Source: the human T2T-CHM13v2.0 reference genome, Homo sapiens. Taken from it: a stretch of 64,000 nucleotides of DNA. Under the pieces are notes generated by a model. It had not been told where the DNA came from, made no database searches, and worked only from the letters and a program-made list of their open reading frames with translations. Positions 40,071-53,994 of this stretch are shown one piece after another. The stretch lies in the NCBI RefSeq assembly GCF_009914755.1, contig NC_060947.1. One strand, 5' to 3'. Within the stretch, counting starts at the first letter, position 1. The number at the start of each line of letters is the position of its first letter. Both the position numbers and the translations under genes were made by a program.

Positions 40071-41524
40071 CAAAGTTTTGAAATCTATCTCAGAATTCAC
40101 ATGCTTCAGGTAATGTCTCCTTTAAACTGTAAATTACTTCAAGCTTAAATTAAAACGATTAAGAAAATGTTTTTAAATCTTTTTCTTACAACCACCAACA
40201 CTCATTTTCTTTTCAATATTGATTAACGTTCTGAAGTAGGATGCTTTTAACAGACTTCCAATATTACGTTATGACAGATTTTTATGACAACCGGAGGCAC
40301 CATATTTTAAAAAGATTTTGTCATGTTTTCTGATTTAGGTCTTTAGTTGTTCAGAACTCAAATGAATCAATTTGAGTATGTGTAAAATTAGGGAATTATG
40401 GCTCTCCCACAAATAATTATGGCTAAAATATACTAACACAAGTTGGTTAATTTTATATAAATGAATGAATTTTTAAATGACATGTCCTGTCATTTTTAAA
40501 AGCTGTGACGATCTAATTCTAACTAATTTCCCACATGATCACAAAGAGCTGAAGGTATTTTTATCCATAAGTACTTAATTTTGTGTGTGTGCATTTCCAC
40601 AATATTGTGCATTCTTTAATAAATTATCAGAATACATGAACTTGCACAAAAAGTTTTGAAATAGCCATGTTTTTTTGTAGCACATTGCTGTAAATCAGTG
40701 CCCTTCTAGGTTATCTGTTTTTCATGTTCACAACTTTAAATTAAAGATGCTGTTCACTGCTTGCTAATACTTGGAACTACAGGAAGGAACTGCTATTCAA
40801 CACTCATTATGTCTGGATAAATTTCTGCTACATTGCTTGTAGTAGATACTCATGGGTGTCTACTGAACAGACATTTCTTTCTTCTCTTTTCGTTTTTTGA
40901 AGGCTGATATTGTTTAATCAAATGCCCTGTCAAACACAGCTTTTTCTTAGCCCAGGGCATAAGGATAATGAGTCTTAGCCAAAGAAGAGAATCTCATTTC
41001 CCTTTCTTAAGTGACCAGTTTAGGAAAAGTCAGGAAAGGTTTTTATGGTTAAAGACATGTAATGAAGTCTGAAGGAAGCAGTCTCTGCAAATAATTTTGC
41101 TGTCTTTTGAATTGAAAAAAATATATATATTTGATGTAAATACCCAATGTGTATGGGTGTCCTACAAAACTAAGATTGACCACCACACTGAATTTTGTTT
41201 GGTTGTTGAGGCTGATAATTTTACATACACACTCAGACACACACACCAAGAAGGTATGAAAAATTTATTGCTTGCACAATGAGGCTTTCTAGGAAGGGCA
41301 GGGCGGGCTTCCCAAGTATCTAAAAATGGGTAACGCTTCCAGGAAAGACTGACTTGGGGCTTTTAATGTGATGAGAGGCTGGTGTTGGTACACTTCCAGC
41401 TGTCATCCAAGGAGGGAGGACCCTGGCTTGTGTACCCAATTGCCCTGATGGGAGGCGGAAGAGAAAAAGGTAGGGCTGAAGCCTGGACGCTATCTGCAGT
41501 CAAACATTAGAGAAATGGAATGCA

Positions 41525-41815
41525 GGCCAGGTGTGGTGGCTCACACCTATAATCCCAGCACTTTGGGAGGCTAAGGCAGGAAGACTGCTGGAGACCACGA
41601 GTTCAAGACCAGCCTGGGAAACTTAGCAAGATCCTCTCTTTACAAATAATAAATATAAAAAAATTACCTGGGCATGGTGGTGCAAGGCTGTAGTCCCACC
41701 TACTTCAGAGGCTGAGGCGGGGGGGATTGTTTGAGTCCAGGGGGTCAAGGCTACAGGGAGCTATGATTGCAGCACTGTTCTCCAGCCTGGGCAACAGAGT
41801 GAGACCCTGTCAAAA
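41525..41815 (+). mobile_element. AluJ
   Basis: GGCCAGGTGTGGTGGCTCACACCTATAATCCCAGC...GAGCTATGATTGCAGCACTG...GAGACCCTGTC. Confidence 0.9.
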
Positions 41816-41819
41816 CTGT

Positions 41820-41896
41820 CAGAAAGAAATAAAGGAAGAGAGAGAGAGAAAGAGAAAGAAAGAGAGAGAGAAAGAAAGAGAGAAAGAAAGAAAGAA

Positions 41897-41936
<40 letters not shown>

Positions 41937-42150
41937 AAAAGGAAGGAAGAGAGGGAAGAAAAAAAGGAGGGAAGGAAGGAAGAAAGGAAGGAAAGGAGGT
42001 ATGGAGGAGTCAAAGAAAGAAAGAAAGAAGAATGGAGGGAAGAAAGGAAGGAAGGAGGCAAGGAAGGAAGGGAGGGGGAGAGAGAAAGAAAGAAAGAAGA
42101 AAAAAGAGAAGAAAGAGAGAAAAAGAGAGACAGAAAGAAAGAAAGAAGAA

Positions 42151-42198
<48 letters not shown>

Positions 42199-42211
42199 GA
42201 GAAAGAGAAAA
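41820..42211. repeat. (GAAA/GGAA)n polypurine tract derived from the Alu tail
   Basis: About 390 bp of nearly pure A/G. Confidence 0.95.
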
Positions 42212-42229
42212 GTGGATTCCAACCCTTTA

Positions 42230-42495
42230 TTGCAGCCATGTACACAGAAGCGTGAAACCATGCTGACTGGATGTTCAGAAGCCATTAGGTGAACTGAACA
42301 CCGTACATATAGAACACGTAGCCACCACAGACATAGGACAAAACATGCTGAAAGGAGCTGAGAAGTGAGATAAAGAACCCAAGATAATGTCTCTGACTAC
42401 CTCTGTGGATCTATTACATGAGATAAATAAGTGCCTCTATTACTGAAGTTGTTAGTCATTGGGTAATCTCTACTTGCATCGAATCGCATCCTAGG
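42230..42495 (+). mobile_element. Old MLT1 (H-L type) LTR 3' part
   Basis: TTACATGAGATAAATAAGTGCCTCTATTACTGAAG...TTGGGTAATCTCTACTTGCATCGAATCGCATCCTA resembles an MLT1 3' end. Confidence 0.5.
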
Positions 42496-45448
42496 TTTTT
42501 CACTATCATTTTTTTCACCTTGTCTTTTTCCATACTTTCTTGATTTCAACATAAAGAGTGGCCACTTTTAATTGTGATGGACCCACAGTGATGCCAGCTT
42601 AGTTCATCTCTCCCTGCATTCCCCTGCTTGAAGGATGGCCCTTTGTAAGAAGAAGTGCAATTAAAATGTCTTGCTTGTGCAAACCGTCTTCTCCATTTTT
42701 CTTCATTTTTATTTCTTTGGCTCTTTCAAGCTCACAAGAGTGTGGCTGACATCCTCCAAGTAATATTTTATTTCCCAATGCCTGTTTAACAACACAGTGA
42801 GTTATAAAAAGCAGACAAATTCAGAAAAAAATAAAGAAGAGAATTATGCAAGCAAGAAAAAGATATCAACCTATCTGGAGGTAAGATAGGTTTGTGTGTT
42901 GAAGAATCAGTCAAAGTTAATGACTAGATGCTGTTGGCACCCATACACACTGGATATTTACATCAAGTGCATGGCAAGCTTTATCTCAATATTTCAATGA
43001 TATAATCTGTGATTTTAATTAAGATGTCAGTAATGAGTAATTATATGTTTTCATGATATAAATATCATGATTATTTTGCAAGACACATTGTGCAAACTCA
43101 TTACTAAGGAAATGATGGTTAAAAATAGGTATGGTAATTAATGATAAAAGTAGAAGTCACAACTTACTCCCATTGCTATTACAGATGGGTATGGCTGGTG
43201 GTGAGTTTAGTGGATAGACTTTCTACTTAACTCTTAGATGGTGAGTATAACTGATCCCTCAAGTGTTTGTCCTCTTACGTCCAACTCTGCACTATGGAAT
43301 ACAGGGAAAGTCTCATGTGCATTTTGAAAACAAGCCAAACCTGTTATGGTTCTGCAATGTACAGACCTGTTGCATCATGCATACCATTTAAATTTAACAC
43401 CTATATGGATGGAACTTGTGGCTACACGGAAAAATGGAGTGTTTATGAATTTGTGAGCACGAGACTCTTCCATCAACACACAGTTGGACGCATTGGGTTT
43501 TTAAAGTAGCTTCTTTAAAAAAGCTGCTCCTTGGCTCTTGGCAGTTTAGAGACTGGCCTGTCTGCCAATTTCATCTTTAGCTGACCACAAATATTGCATA
43601 TTTTTCAAAGCATTGGAGAGGGTGGGGGGAGGTGGTCAACATAGCAGAAACATAAGTTGCAGTTTGAATTAAAGCGTAGTTAGTAGATAATGATGACAGG
43701 TAGAGGAAGAACGGTTGGTGATGATTTGTCTCTCAGAAGCACGGTTGGGTGCACTGCTGTGCTGGGCAGTGAAATCCCAATTTGATATCCTGCAAGAACT
43801 GTACCCTAACAGTAGGTGGTTAAGTCACTGAGTGCAGAATCCACATTTCCATTTGCCTTTTGACTGTGGGAGGAAGAAAACAACTAAAGGCACACTTTGG
43901 GGAGTGAGTTTTATTTTCTGATTCCTTAATTCTATTCAGTTATTATCATTATTTTTAACTTTTTTTCAATAAAATAAATCCATGGAGCTGTGAGGCTGTA
44001 TAATGTTATAAGGAAACAGAATATTTCTTTGGTAACCTGTGATGATTAAATGTGAATTTATTTGTGATAAGCTTCCTGAAGGTTTAATCTGTCTCCCGGC
44101 ATCTTACAGCGAAGTGCTAGAGAGAATCAGAGCTCTCATCTGAAGAGAAAAATGGAAAAGCTTACAGACATTACCTCTGTGGCAACCTGTCAGAACAGGA
44201 GTGTTTCTTGACTTTTAAATACTGTTCTTATTCCCTTCTTGCTTATTTATTCTGCACACCCATGAGATAGAGCTTTAAGATAGGAAGAAAACTCTGCCTG
44301 GAGTTTTCTATCTGATGGTTTCTCCATTTCTTCCATCTTTCAATTATACAGCTATAATATTAGCACTGATACGGTTTGTGCAAACAATAAATGAGGCATG
44401 CTTTATTCGTGCATGTATAAATAAGTGAAGGAAATTGGCCAACCTAGACTACTAGAATATTCCAGTCCTTCTCTGGCCACCACTCCCTAAATTAATGTTG
44501 GTTAATGTTGTTTTAATTAGAATTTTATCCTTCATCTTGATCTTCTTTCTGATTAAATCTGTTTCTAGTGAAATAAATGACAAAGCAAACTTTGTAAAAA
44601 TATCATTTAAAGTTGTAAAAAATCAAATGAAACATCCCTAAATGCAAGAGAAGGAAAATGATATATCTTGATTGGTCCATGTATTTGTGATATCCAGCCT
44701 GTTCCTTCACTATTTGTTGCTTTCGTCCATGTGTGCTCACAATGCTGTGAAAGTTTGGTAAGGAATTATTGTAAAGTGAGAACCCCAGTTCGTAGAGCAT
44801 TTTTTATTATATAACAATAAATACAAGAACCTACAGAGCAGGTGTTAGTGCCTCGTTTTCAGGGCTGGATCTCCCTTTGAGCACACCCATCATGGAGACC
44901 AAGTCATAGTCAAGAAACAGCTGGTGAAAATACAGGAAGAGCAAGTCAGATAAATGAGTTGATCCTTATATCTTGGTAACCAATGCTGACTTATTTATCT
45001 TTCTTGATACTGAACCAGCAGATTAGGCTGCCTTCTCATGGAGAATCCACTTTCCCAAATTAAACGGCACATTCATCAAACATGGAGCCCATGTTTAGTG
45101 TGAGGTTCTGTATGATGTGTTTATCATATTATTCTTGGCATTGAATATGAGAGCTGCAATATACCTGGTGTCATGTAATTGATGAATAAAGGAAATATTT
45201 GGTGAACAGAGAAATTTACTTGAGCTGGAGGGTGACTTGGTAGAGAGAAGAATCATGGGGATTCTTATAGGCCAAGCTAAGGGGATTGATCCTGATCCTA
45301 CAGCAACAGGGGGAGACTAAAGGGTTTTATACAGGGCATGATACGGATTAGCAGCATTGCCATAAGACTTCACAAAAGAAAAACAAGTATTTGTAGCGGT
45401 CAAGGCAAGAGAATCTAACATCCGTATGAGTGAAGATGAACAGAAGAA

Positions 45449-45455
<7 letters not shown>

Positions 45456-45502
<47 letters not shown>
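45456..45502. repeat. (TA)23 microsatellite
   Basis: Uninterrupted TA run at 45456-45501. Confidence 0.95.
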
Positions 45503-45504
<2 letters not shown>

Positions 45505-45577
45505 CTATAGCTTGGGGGTACAAGTTGTTTTTGGTTACATGGATAAATTGTATGGTGGTAAAGTCTGAGATTTCAGT
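45503..45577 (-). mobile_element. Short L1PB/L1MA-type 3' terminal fragment
   Basis: TTGGGGGTACAAGTTGTTTTTGGTTACATGGATAAATTGTATGGTGGTAAAGTCTGAGATTTCAGT matches an antisense L1PB-type 3' end. Confidence 0.8.
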
Positions 45578-47422
45578 TTTTCTATGTGGTTTAGCTGCTA
45601 AAAGGAAGAGAGATCTGGAGTCTGTAGAACAGAATGCAAGATCAAGTCGGGAGGTCCATTTTTGTCTTTGTTGCTTTTGACTTGATGGGAAATTCTTTTG
45701 GCATTTAATTAAAAGTTTAGAAAGAAAATGGATGGCATGTTTCTATGCCTCAGAGGATTTGGTTGGCCACATTAAAAGATGTGAACGATACTTTATATAA
45801 GTAAAAGAATAACCAGGGAAAAGTAGGTTACAGAGGACATTTCATGTAATTGTTGTAATACTGCTTCCACAGTTATAAGATGAGAGAAGACAGCACTTAC
45901 AGTAACACAGACTAGCCTGGTGAAGTTTTACAATATTTTCAAGAAATCCAAGCCATTGATTCCCTTTCTTAGTGGCACTCATTTAAAAGCTGAGCCTGTT
46001 TTAAAAAATATAGATAAACAACTGCTGAAGTTTCAGAATAATCACTTCCTAGGGGCCCTCTCCTTGCCATATTCCATTATAGCAATGGAGCCCCAACAGA
46101 CACGTTAGTGCCCACACCTGCCTCGGAGAGAAACTAACTCAGATCAAATAATCCTAGTCAATTTTGCCGAGCAAATTCAGCTCCAGACAGGCAAGTCTCT
46201 GCAGAGGCACAGCATGGTCCCTCTTCCTTATCTTTACTCAGGCAACAGCGCTCAGAATATTCTCTACCAGTTAACATGCAGAATCATCTTTTTTCTTTTT
46301 TGTGCCCTACAGGTTGCTTCTTGTATTTATAAATGTTGCATCTGAAGACTCTCTTATGCAAAAAATAAAGGCTGTTTACTCCCCTGTAGGCTAAGTCTGC
46401 AAAGACAGAACTATCAAAGGGCTCATCTGGAGACACATTCTACTAGCAATTAAGAGTTGAGGACAGAGTTCAAAGCAGACGGGTGTCAGAGCCCCATAAA
46501 AACACCTTGTACTTTCTGCTACTTTCTTTGAAAAGTTCCCCAGGATAATGGCTCCATGTCATTTGTAATTTTGATAGGCAATCCTCCTACTCCACGTTCT
46601 ATCTGACACATCTCATGTATTAAATATCAAAACAGCAGGCCCTAGAGATAAAGACATTGGAGAATGCCATTTTAAAAACCATAAATTTTATAACATCAAG
46701 AGGCTTCAAAAAAAAAACAAAACCTCTTAAATCACACACGCACACAGTCCTTAAAAATATGCTTTTCCAATGCTTAAACAAGGGCTGATATGTACCTAGC
46801 AAAACCATGGACAAATTTCTGTAAAAGACATCTCTATGTGGACTCTAACCCTGGTGGGTTCATTTTGAAATTTAATATATGCGGTGAAGAGCTACAAATA
46901 AGATATGCTTGTTGACTCTGCCAAATGGAAAGTGGAACTGATTTCTGGAGGTTTGATCCTAATTCTGGTTTTTTTGGTTGTTGTTGTTTGTTTGTTTGTT
47001 TTCCAGGGCAGTATCAGATAGTTTCTATCGGGGGGGCCAAGAAAGAAGTCATTGCACAATTCTCAAAGCCCATCATTTAAACATGAGTCAATGATCATTT
47101 TTGCAGGGTGAGAATTTGGGAGATTGTTACGGCAGATTGCTCAACCAAGTCAACACCTCAGCCCATTTTCATTCTGTCATACATTTCTTGAGAAGGAAAA
47201 AACGTGTAATTGAAGTGGAGAGATATATTTTACGTCAACCCATTTTTACTGTGAGTTTATAATCTGCTAGACAATTTGTAGCATTATCTCGCTTCATCTT
47301 TTGTAGAAATCTATTAACATTTTATTTCTTTTTAATCAGTTAATAAATGGAGGTAGGTATAGAGGCATTCAGAAAATTAGTCAAAGGTGCAAAGTTACAG
47401 CATGTGAAGACATCAACATAGG

Positions 47423-47672
47423 CAGCCCAATATCTTACCCATAAGCCAATGACATTTTGCATCAGATGATTTTTTTTTGTGGTAGGGGCCGCTCTTTGCA
47501 TTGTAGGATGATTTGCAGCATTTCTGGCCTGCACAAACTAGATGCCAGTAGCAATACCTCTCCCTCCTTAAAGATGTGACAATTGGCATGTCTTCAGACA
47601 GTGTCAAGTGTCATTGTGGGGGATGGGGGGGTGGGCAGGGGTGTAGAAAATACCCCAGGTTGATAATCATTG
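47423..47672 (-). mobile_element. MER20 (hAT-Charlie) DNA transposon
   Basis: TGCATTGTAGGATGATTTGCAGCATTTCTGGCCTGCACAAACTAGATGCCAGTAGCA...GGTTGATAATCATTG. Confidence 0.75.
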
Positions 47673-47705
47673 CATTGGTTCATTCAAGTAGACTAAAAAC
47701 AAATG

Positions 47706-47894
47706 TAGTAGTTTCCAAAGTATCCTACCAAGAGAGAAAGCATTGTCATCCCTGGGGAATTTCCTGGTGCCATGAATTCTCTGGCTGCACCTCAGACACA
47801 CAATATCAGAATCTCTGGGACAGTGCCCAGTGATCTGTGTTTTTTTCAAGCCCTCTAGATGCTCCTGATATTCTCTCAAGTTTGGGAACAACTG
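47706..47894 (+). mobile_element. MER5A/B (hAT-Charlie) DNA transposon
   Basis: ATCAGAATCTCTGGGA...GATCTGTGTTTTTTTCAAGCCCTCTAGATG...AAGTTTGGGAACAACTG. Confidence 0.7.
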
Positions 47895-47980
47895 TGTTAG
47901 AATCATATTCTATATAGCACTGCACACTATCATTTTCAAGGGAAGAGAGAAGATGAAAAAGAAAAAGCAAAAAGAAAATG

Positions 47981-48270
47981 AGCCAGGCATCAGGTCTTAA
48001 ACCTGTAATCCCAGCAGTTTGGGAGGCCAAAACAGGAGAGCTGCTTGAGGCTAGGAGTTTGAAACCAGCCTGGGCAACATAGCAAGACCCCATCTCTTAA
48101 AATTAAAATTAAAAAATAGCCAGATGTGGTGATGCAAGGCTGCAGTCCCACCTACTTGGGAGGTTGAGGCAGGAGGATTTCTTGAACCAAGGAGTTGGAG
48201 ACCACAGTGAGCTGTGATCATGCCACTGCACTACAGCCTGGGTGGCAGAGCAAGACCCTGTCTCTAAAAA
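47981..48270 (+). mobile_element. AluJo-like
   Basis: GCTTGAGGCTAGGAGTTTGAAACCAGCCTGGGCAACATAGCAAGACCCC...GTGAGCTGTGATCATGCCACTGCAC. Confidence 0.9.
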
Positions 48271-48332
48271 ACAAAGAAAGAAAGAAGAGAGAGAGAGAGA
48301 GAGAAAGAAAGAAAGGAAAGAAAGAAAGAAAG

Positions 48333-48375
<43 letters not shown>

Positions 48376-48585
48376 CAGAAAGAAAGAAGAAAGAAAGAAA
48401 GAAAGGAAAGAAAGAAAGAGAAAGAAAGAAAGAGAAAGAAAGAAAGAAGAAAGAAAGAAGAAAGAAAGAAAGGAAAGAAAGAAAGAAGAAAGAAAGAAAG
48501 AAAGAAAGAAAGGAAAGAAAGAAGAAAGGAAGAAAGAGAGAAGGAAAGAAAGAGAGAGAGGAGGAAAGAAAGAAAGAGAAAAAAA
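48271..48585. repeat. (GAAA)n polypurine tract derived from the Alu tail
   Basis: About 315 bp of GAAA-based units. Confidence 0.95.
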
Positions 48586-48982
48586 TCAAATCAGTCCTTA
48601 AAAATCTCCAGAGATTGTTTCAGTTACCTGTAGGGAATATGTATTAGGTGAAATGAAGACTAAAATAAAGTCTCTGATTTATAACTCAGTGTGTTTTGGG
48701 CTCCTTATCTATAAACTGCAGTTCTAAGTTGCGTGACCTGAGACATGCAGAGAGGCCTGGCTTACATTTTAGTTGCCTTTGATTGAAATAAGTAAGAACT
48801 CTCTGAGTCATCTGGTTTTTCAAGGGAGGTACAGGACTCACTGGCTAGAAAAGCCTGTGCAATTTAATCTCTTGCACAGCTCTCCTTTAGATAAATGACT
48901 AGACTACTGATAAATGCAAAAAAGAAATCATTTCCAAATTGGTCCACAATGAAGAGGTGACTAAGTTTGCCTGATGGGAGGA

Positions 48983-49463
48983 TGTATGAGTTTTACGTTG
49001 CTGCTATAAGAAATTACTGCAAACCCATTGGCTTAAGAAACAACACACATTGATTCTTTCATAGTTCTGGAGATTGGAAGTCTGAGATGAGTCTTAGGGG
49101 GCTAAATTCAAGGAGTTGGTATGGCTGGTTCTTTATGAAGATTCCAGGGAGAATCCATTCCCTGACTTTTCCAAATTCTGGAGTCTTCCTTGACTCATGG
49201 TCTCTTCCTTTACCTTCAAAGCACATCATTCCATCTCTGCTTCTGTCACCAAATCTCCTCTCTTCTTTGACATTCTTGTCTATGTCTTATAAGGATCCAT
49301 GTGATAAAAGTGAGACCACTTGGATAATTGAAGATGACCTGTCATCTTGACACCCTTAACTTGACCAGATCTGTGAAGGCTTTTGTCATGTAGGTGAACA
49401 TATTCAGATCCCAGAAGTCAAGAAGTGGATGTCTTTGAGGGACAAATGATCCAATCTATCACA
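48983..49463 (-). mobile_element. MLT1C/D-like LTR
   Basis: TGTATGAGTTTT...GCTGCTATAAGAAATTAC...CATAGTTCTGGAGATTGGAAGTCTGAGAT...CAATCTATCACA. Confidence 0.8.
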
Positions 49464-49779
49464 GAAAGTCAGTTTTCATCCCTTTCCTAGAAGTCACCAT
49501 GAGTTCAAGCCCAGCACCTGCAGTTTCCTCTGGAGTTCACTGTTGATCCAAGCTAGGCATGATGCATTTTGCTCCTAAGTCACGATGCATTCTACTGCAT
49601 CTTTCAGGAAAGTTAGATGTGCCATCCTATGGAATAAGTATATCATGCTGTCTTTCTGGCCACCACAGTCATAAGTAAATGACAGACAGGGGCTAGGAAG
49701 AAGAAAGGAAGGAGTTGCTTGCTTTATGGTCATAAAGGCATGTAAGTGATGCATTCCAAGGATGTGGCAATGATTATAA

Positions 49780-49997
49780 TCAAAGGCATAGACGTGAGAG
49801 CCTCCACCCTAATCGTAGTTAGGCTATTTCCTATCCCAAGCAAAGTGCTGTAATCTCCCTGGACTTTAATTCCCTCACAAGTAAGACAGGGATAAGAGTC
49901 ACTTCAGGATGCCATTGTAGTGATTTAATGAACTAATGAATGAAAAAACTTTAACAAGTTGTCTGCAACCTTGTAGGCACTCAAGGAATGATAATAA
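49780..49997 (+). mobile_element. MIR
   Basis: AATCTCCCTGGACTTTAATTCCCTCACAAGTAAGACAGGGATAA core and GTAGGCACTCAAGGAATG end. Confidence 0.55.
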
Positions 49998-50570
49998 CAT
50001 TTTTTGAGGAATTTAAATGCCACCACCAGCTGCCATGTCTTTGCTGTTTATTATTCACAATTTATTATTAGCACACTGTTTTCAAGTGCCTTCTAAGTAG
50101 TAGGTCTCTGCAATAAAAACAGTAGCAAGATTTGGTGACTGAACACCACAGCTAAATTCCTAATTTAAAAAATCAGAGTAGATTTAATTAGGAAATATTC
50201 ATGCACCAGTCATGTTCCATGGGCTTGTAATTGAACTGGGAGTAAAGGAAGATATGTAAACTGTCTTCCTGTATCGATTGCATGTCTCCAACAGCCGAGC
50301 TCACAAAGGGCTTTCTTCTTGGAATTACATTTGTCATAGGGGGATTTGGAGCTCATACTGTGCAAAGGGTGCAACCAGCCTCCATTTCATCCTACAGACC
50401 ACACCTACTTCAAGGGCAACATTTTATACACCCTAGGTGGAGAGGGAATTACTTTAAAATAAAACTTACATATTTCCATGCAAAAAAGAAATGCAACTTC
50501 ACATAAAAAATCTGTAAAATTGCCATTATGGGGAAGAAAATAGATTTTTTTCTGTATTCCTTCACTATTT

Positions 50571-50908
<338 letters not shown>

Positions 50909-51953
50909 TAGTTTACACTTTTTATTATATTTATCATTAGCGTTGTTTATCTCATACTTTGCATAATGCAGATGATAGAAGCCCTCTATGAAAAAAGGCA
51001 TAAAGAGGAACTTAGTGATGGTAAAAATCTCCCAGTAGTCATTTTATTATTTATCCTTCTCGTCAACTTCTCCAATTATGAAGGACACTATTATAACATA
51101 AATTATCCAATGAAAAAATTATGACTTCACTTTCTTATGAATAGTGAGGCATTCCTCATTTTAAGAAATACGGATTAAGCACATACAAGTGCCCAGACTG
51201 TTTTAGATGTCAGGAACAGGAATAAGCAACTTGTTAGTTAGTTTTAAAGGGTAATTGGAATACTGAAGCATTCAGTCCATTTTTTGGCTTCCTTAGTAAA
51301 TGTTGATGTATTGTTTCTAATATAAGCTCCTTTAGAGACTTGTTACTGTTTCTGCAGAAACAAAGCAAAGCAAAACCAAACCAAACCAAACAAAAACAAT
51401 CAATGGACAATGAGATCTCTTTTTTAATTTTTTTTCATTTTTATAATTTCCCTTTATATTCAAGGAGAAAGAGAACTTCAATTTGTTTATTTGTTATTGT
51501 CATTATTGCCTTATGTATCGGAAAGGTAAACCATATGATATTTAAAAAAAATCTTTAATTCCTCACATGAATTGCTAACAGGACTCCTTTTGTTTCTACC
51601 TACACAAAGACATTTTTGCTTTCTTTTAAACTTGTGGGAAATTTACATTCCTGAGGCAGTACCTCACTGCTAATCCTGGGCTGTTGGAATATTAGCATAT
51701 TACTACAATGAAATATACTCTGGTCAAAAAGGAATCAACCAGGGCTCAGCCCAAATTATAGGTGAAACTTTGTAGTAGATTAAGGCAATAAAATATTACA
51801 TTGCAATCAAAATAAATCAGCCAGGAGATAGCATAAAACATACATGAAACTTTGCAACATATTAAACAAGTTCAAACATATTACAAACAACGTAATATGC
51901 TTTAAGTTTAAAACTTAGATTAAAAAATATATATTTTTAAATAATATATACAT

Positions 51954-52218
51954 ATCCCAGCACTTTGAGAGGCTGAGGCAGGTGGATCTCTTGAGCCCAG
52001 GAGTTTGAGACCAGCCTGGGCACATGGCGAACCCCATCTCTACAAAAATATATGAAATTTAGCCAGGGATGGTGATGTGCACCTATAGTCCCAGCAACGC
52101 TGGGTGGCTGAGGTGGGGAGATCACTTGAGCCTGGCGAGGTTGAGGCTGCAGTGAGCCTTGATCATGCCACTGCACTGCAGCCTGGGAGACAGAGCAAGA
52201 CCCTGTCTAAAAAAAAGA
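51954..52218 (+). mobile_element. AluJb-like, 5'-truncated
   Basis: Starts ATCCCAGCACTTTGAGAGG; flanked by AATATATACATA/AATATATGCATA. Confidence 0.88.
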
Positions 52219-52384
52219 ATATATGCATAAACTTTATCAAAATTAAAGCAACCACAAATTTAACAACCACAAATTTAGGGGGGGTCCTTGCTTTAAGCCA
52301 AGAAGGCAGAGAAATGAAATGAAGGGGAAACCACAAGTAGTTATAACATATTGTCGAGGTGACATTTTTGTGAACGTGAGGTAT

Positions 52385-52542
52385 AAGTAGAAGAAAGTAA
52401 AGGAAGATAAAGGAGAGATGAACCAAGAAAGGAGAAAAGAGAAAAGGAGAGAAGGGAGGGAGGGAAGGACGGGGGAAGGAAGGAAAGAAGGAGGGAGGGA
52501 GGAAGGGAAGGAGAAAGGGAGGCGGGAAAGAAGAAGAGGGAA
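52385..52542. repeat. GA-rich low-complexity tract
   Basis: GGAA/GGAG purine runs. Confidence 0.8.
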
Positions 52543-52846
52543 TGATTTATGTACTACAAATGAGAATAAGTCATAAAGCAAGAATTATTATTAAATCATT
52601 TCCATATAATGAGTTGAAAGTAAGAGGGTGAGGAGTACTACAATGATTAAAACCACTAAGTGATGGAGATCTGGTTCTGAGAGACAAGATCACACCATGT
52701 TGTATAATTCTCCAGTTGGCTAGAAATTTGAGAAGCATGGCTCTGTCCAGAAATTCATTACAGTCCACGGATTGGAAATGTCATAGCAAAAGAAAAATTG
52801 TCTAAAGAAGGAGTGGGTTTGGATCAAAATGTTTTAACCACTTAGC

Positions 52847-52847
<1 letters not shown>

Positions 52848-52879
<32 letters not shown>
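52848..52879. repeat. (TG)16 microsatellite
   Basis: Perfect TG run. Confidence 0.95.
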
Positions 52880-52880
<1 letters not shown>

Positions 52881-53994
52881 AAGTTTCTCTCATGTGCCCA
52901 TTTTATTTCTGCTGATGCATATTATTTTATTGCATTGACATTATATTTATACACTGGTAAAAATCAAAGGATGGTATATTTATTATTTTTGTCTGACTTC
53001 TAAATTCAATTAATGGCAACTGTGCATATGTTTCATATTTTTGAACTTTTCACATTACAATTGAACTCGTTAAATATATAGAAATATTTAAATTTGTGTC
53101 TTAATTTCTGTGCTTATAACCTTTCCAATTAAACCTGAACATTTTCTAAATTTGTATTATTTGATGCATCCACTACACATATTGATGAAATATAATTTAA
53201 ATATAAAGTGGCTTTTAAATTTTTATTTTTATTTTATGGTCCTTTCACTGCTAAAAAAAAATTTTACATCAATGCCATCATGAAATTTTGGGGGAACAAA
53301 TATTGAAAGTAATTTCTCTTTGGATGCATGTTTTAAATGTTGAGATCCCAAATAATGCAAATCTGAATATTTTAAACAGCCCCATGCGAGTCCTCACATT
53401 CTATTTTGAGAAATCTGATAGACAAGCTGGTAATTACATTGGACACCGGCTTTCAATCAACTCAGGCTGCAAGCTGTGCTTCAATGATTCTCCAAGCAGC
53501 ATGATAATTAATCATCGACTTCAATATAAGATAATACCCTCAAAGCCCCAGGAGACAGCTAAGTATACATCAACCTCTTCCAGGGATGGGCTCCTCACTT
53601 TGAGAGCATAAACCTGTAATTGTTATCTTCTCGAAGTTTACAAGTGTGCCCTGTCAAAGGCCTCCCCCAAAGCAACATTTGATTTCTCCTTGGAGGAGAC
53701 TCAGATTAATTACTGTTCATCGCCACCCCAATGAGTCATATCCCTAACCTGTAGGAAGAATCCATCAGTGGAATTGTAGTTACACATTCCACTGAAGCCA
53801 CACTCAATTTGTGTAGACCAGGTTTGGCCCTTATCTTATCACAATCTATCTGGCATAAAGATATTATTTAAAGTTATTCTTAATGTGGTGATGATGACAG
53901 AGAAAAAAATATACAACTGATAATAGCCCCAAGGTCTATGCTGTGAGGAACAAGGGGATTCTGAGAATGGGGTGTCTGGAACAACTGACATGCA

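Noticed and set aside
43051-43070. Palindrome TCATGATAT-AA-ATATCATGA (similar: GGATGTGG-TT-CCACATCC near 8143-8160)
   Set aside because: Arms of 8-9 bp are expected by chance in 64 kb of AT-rich DNA.
41727-48647. ORFs of 120-180 aa rich in K/E/R or F/L/S
   Set aside because: Translations of Alu ends plus (GAAA)n tails.
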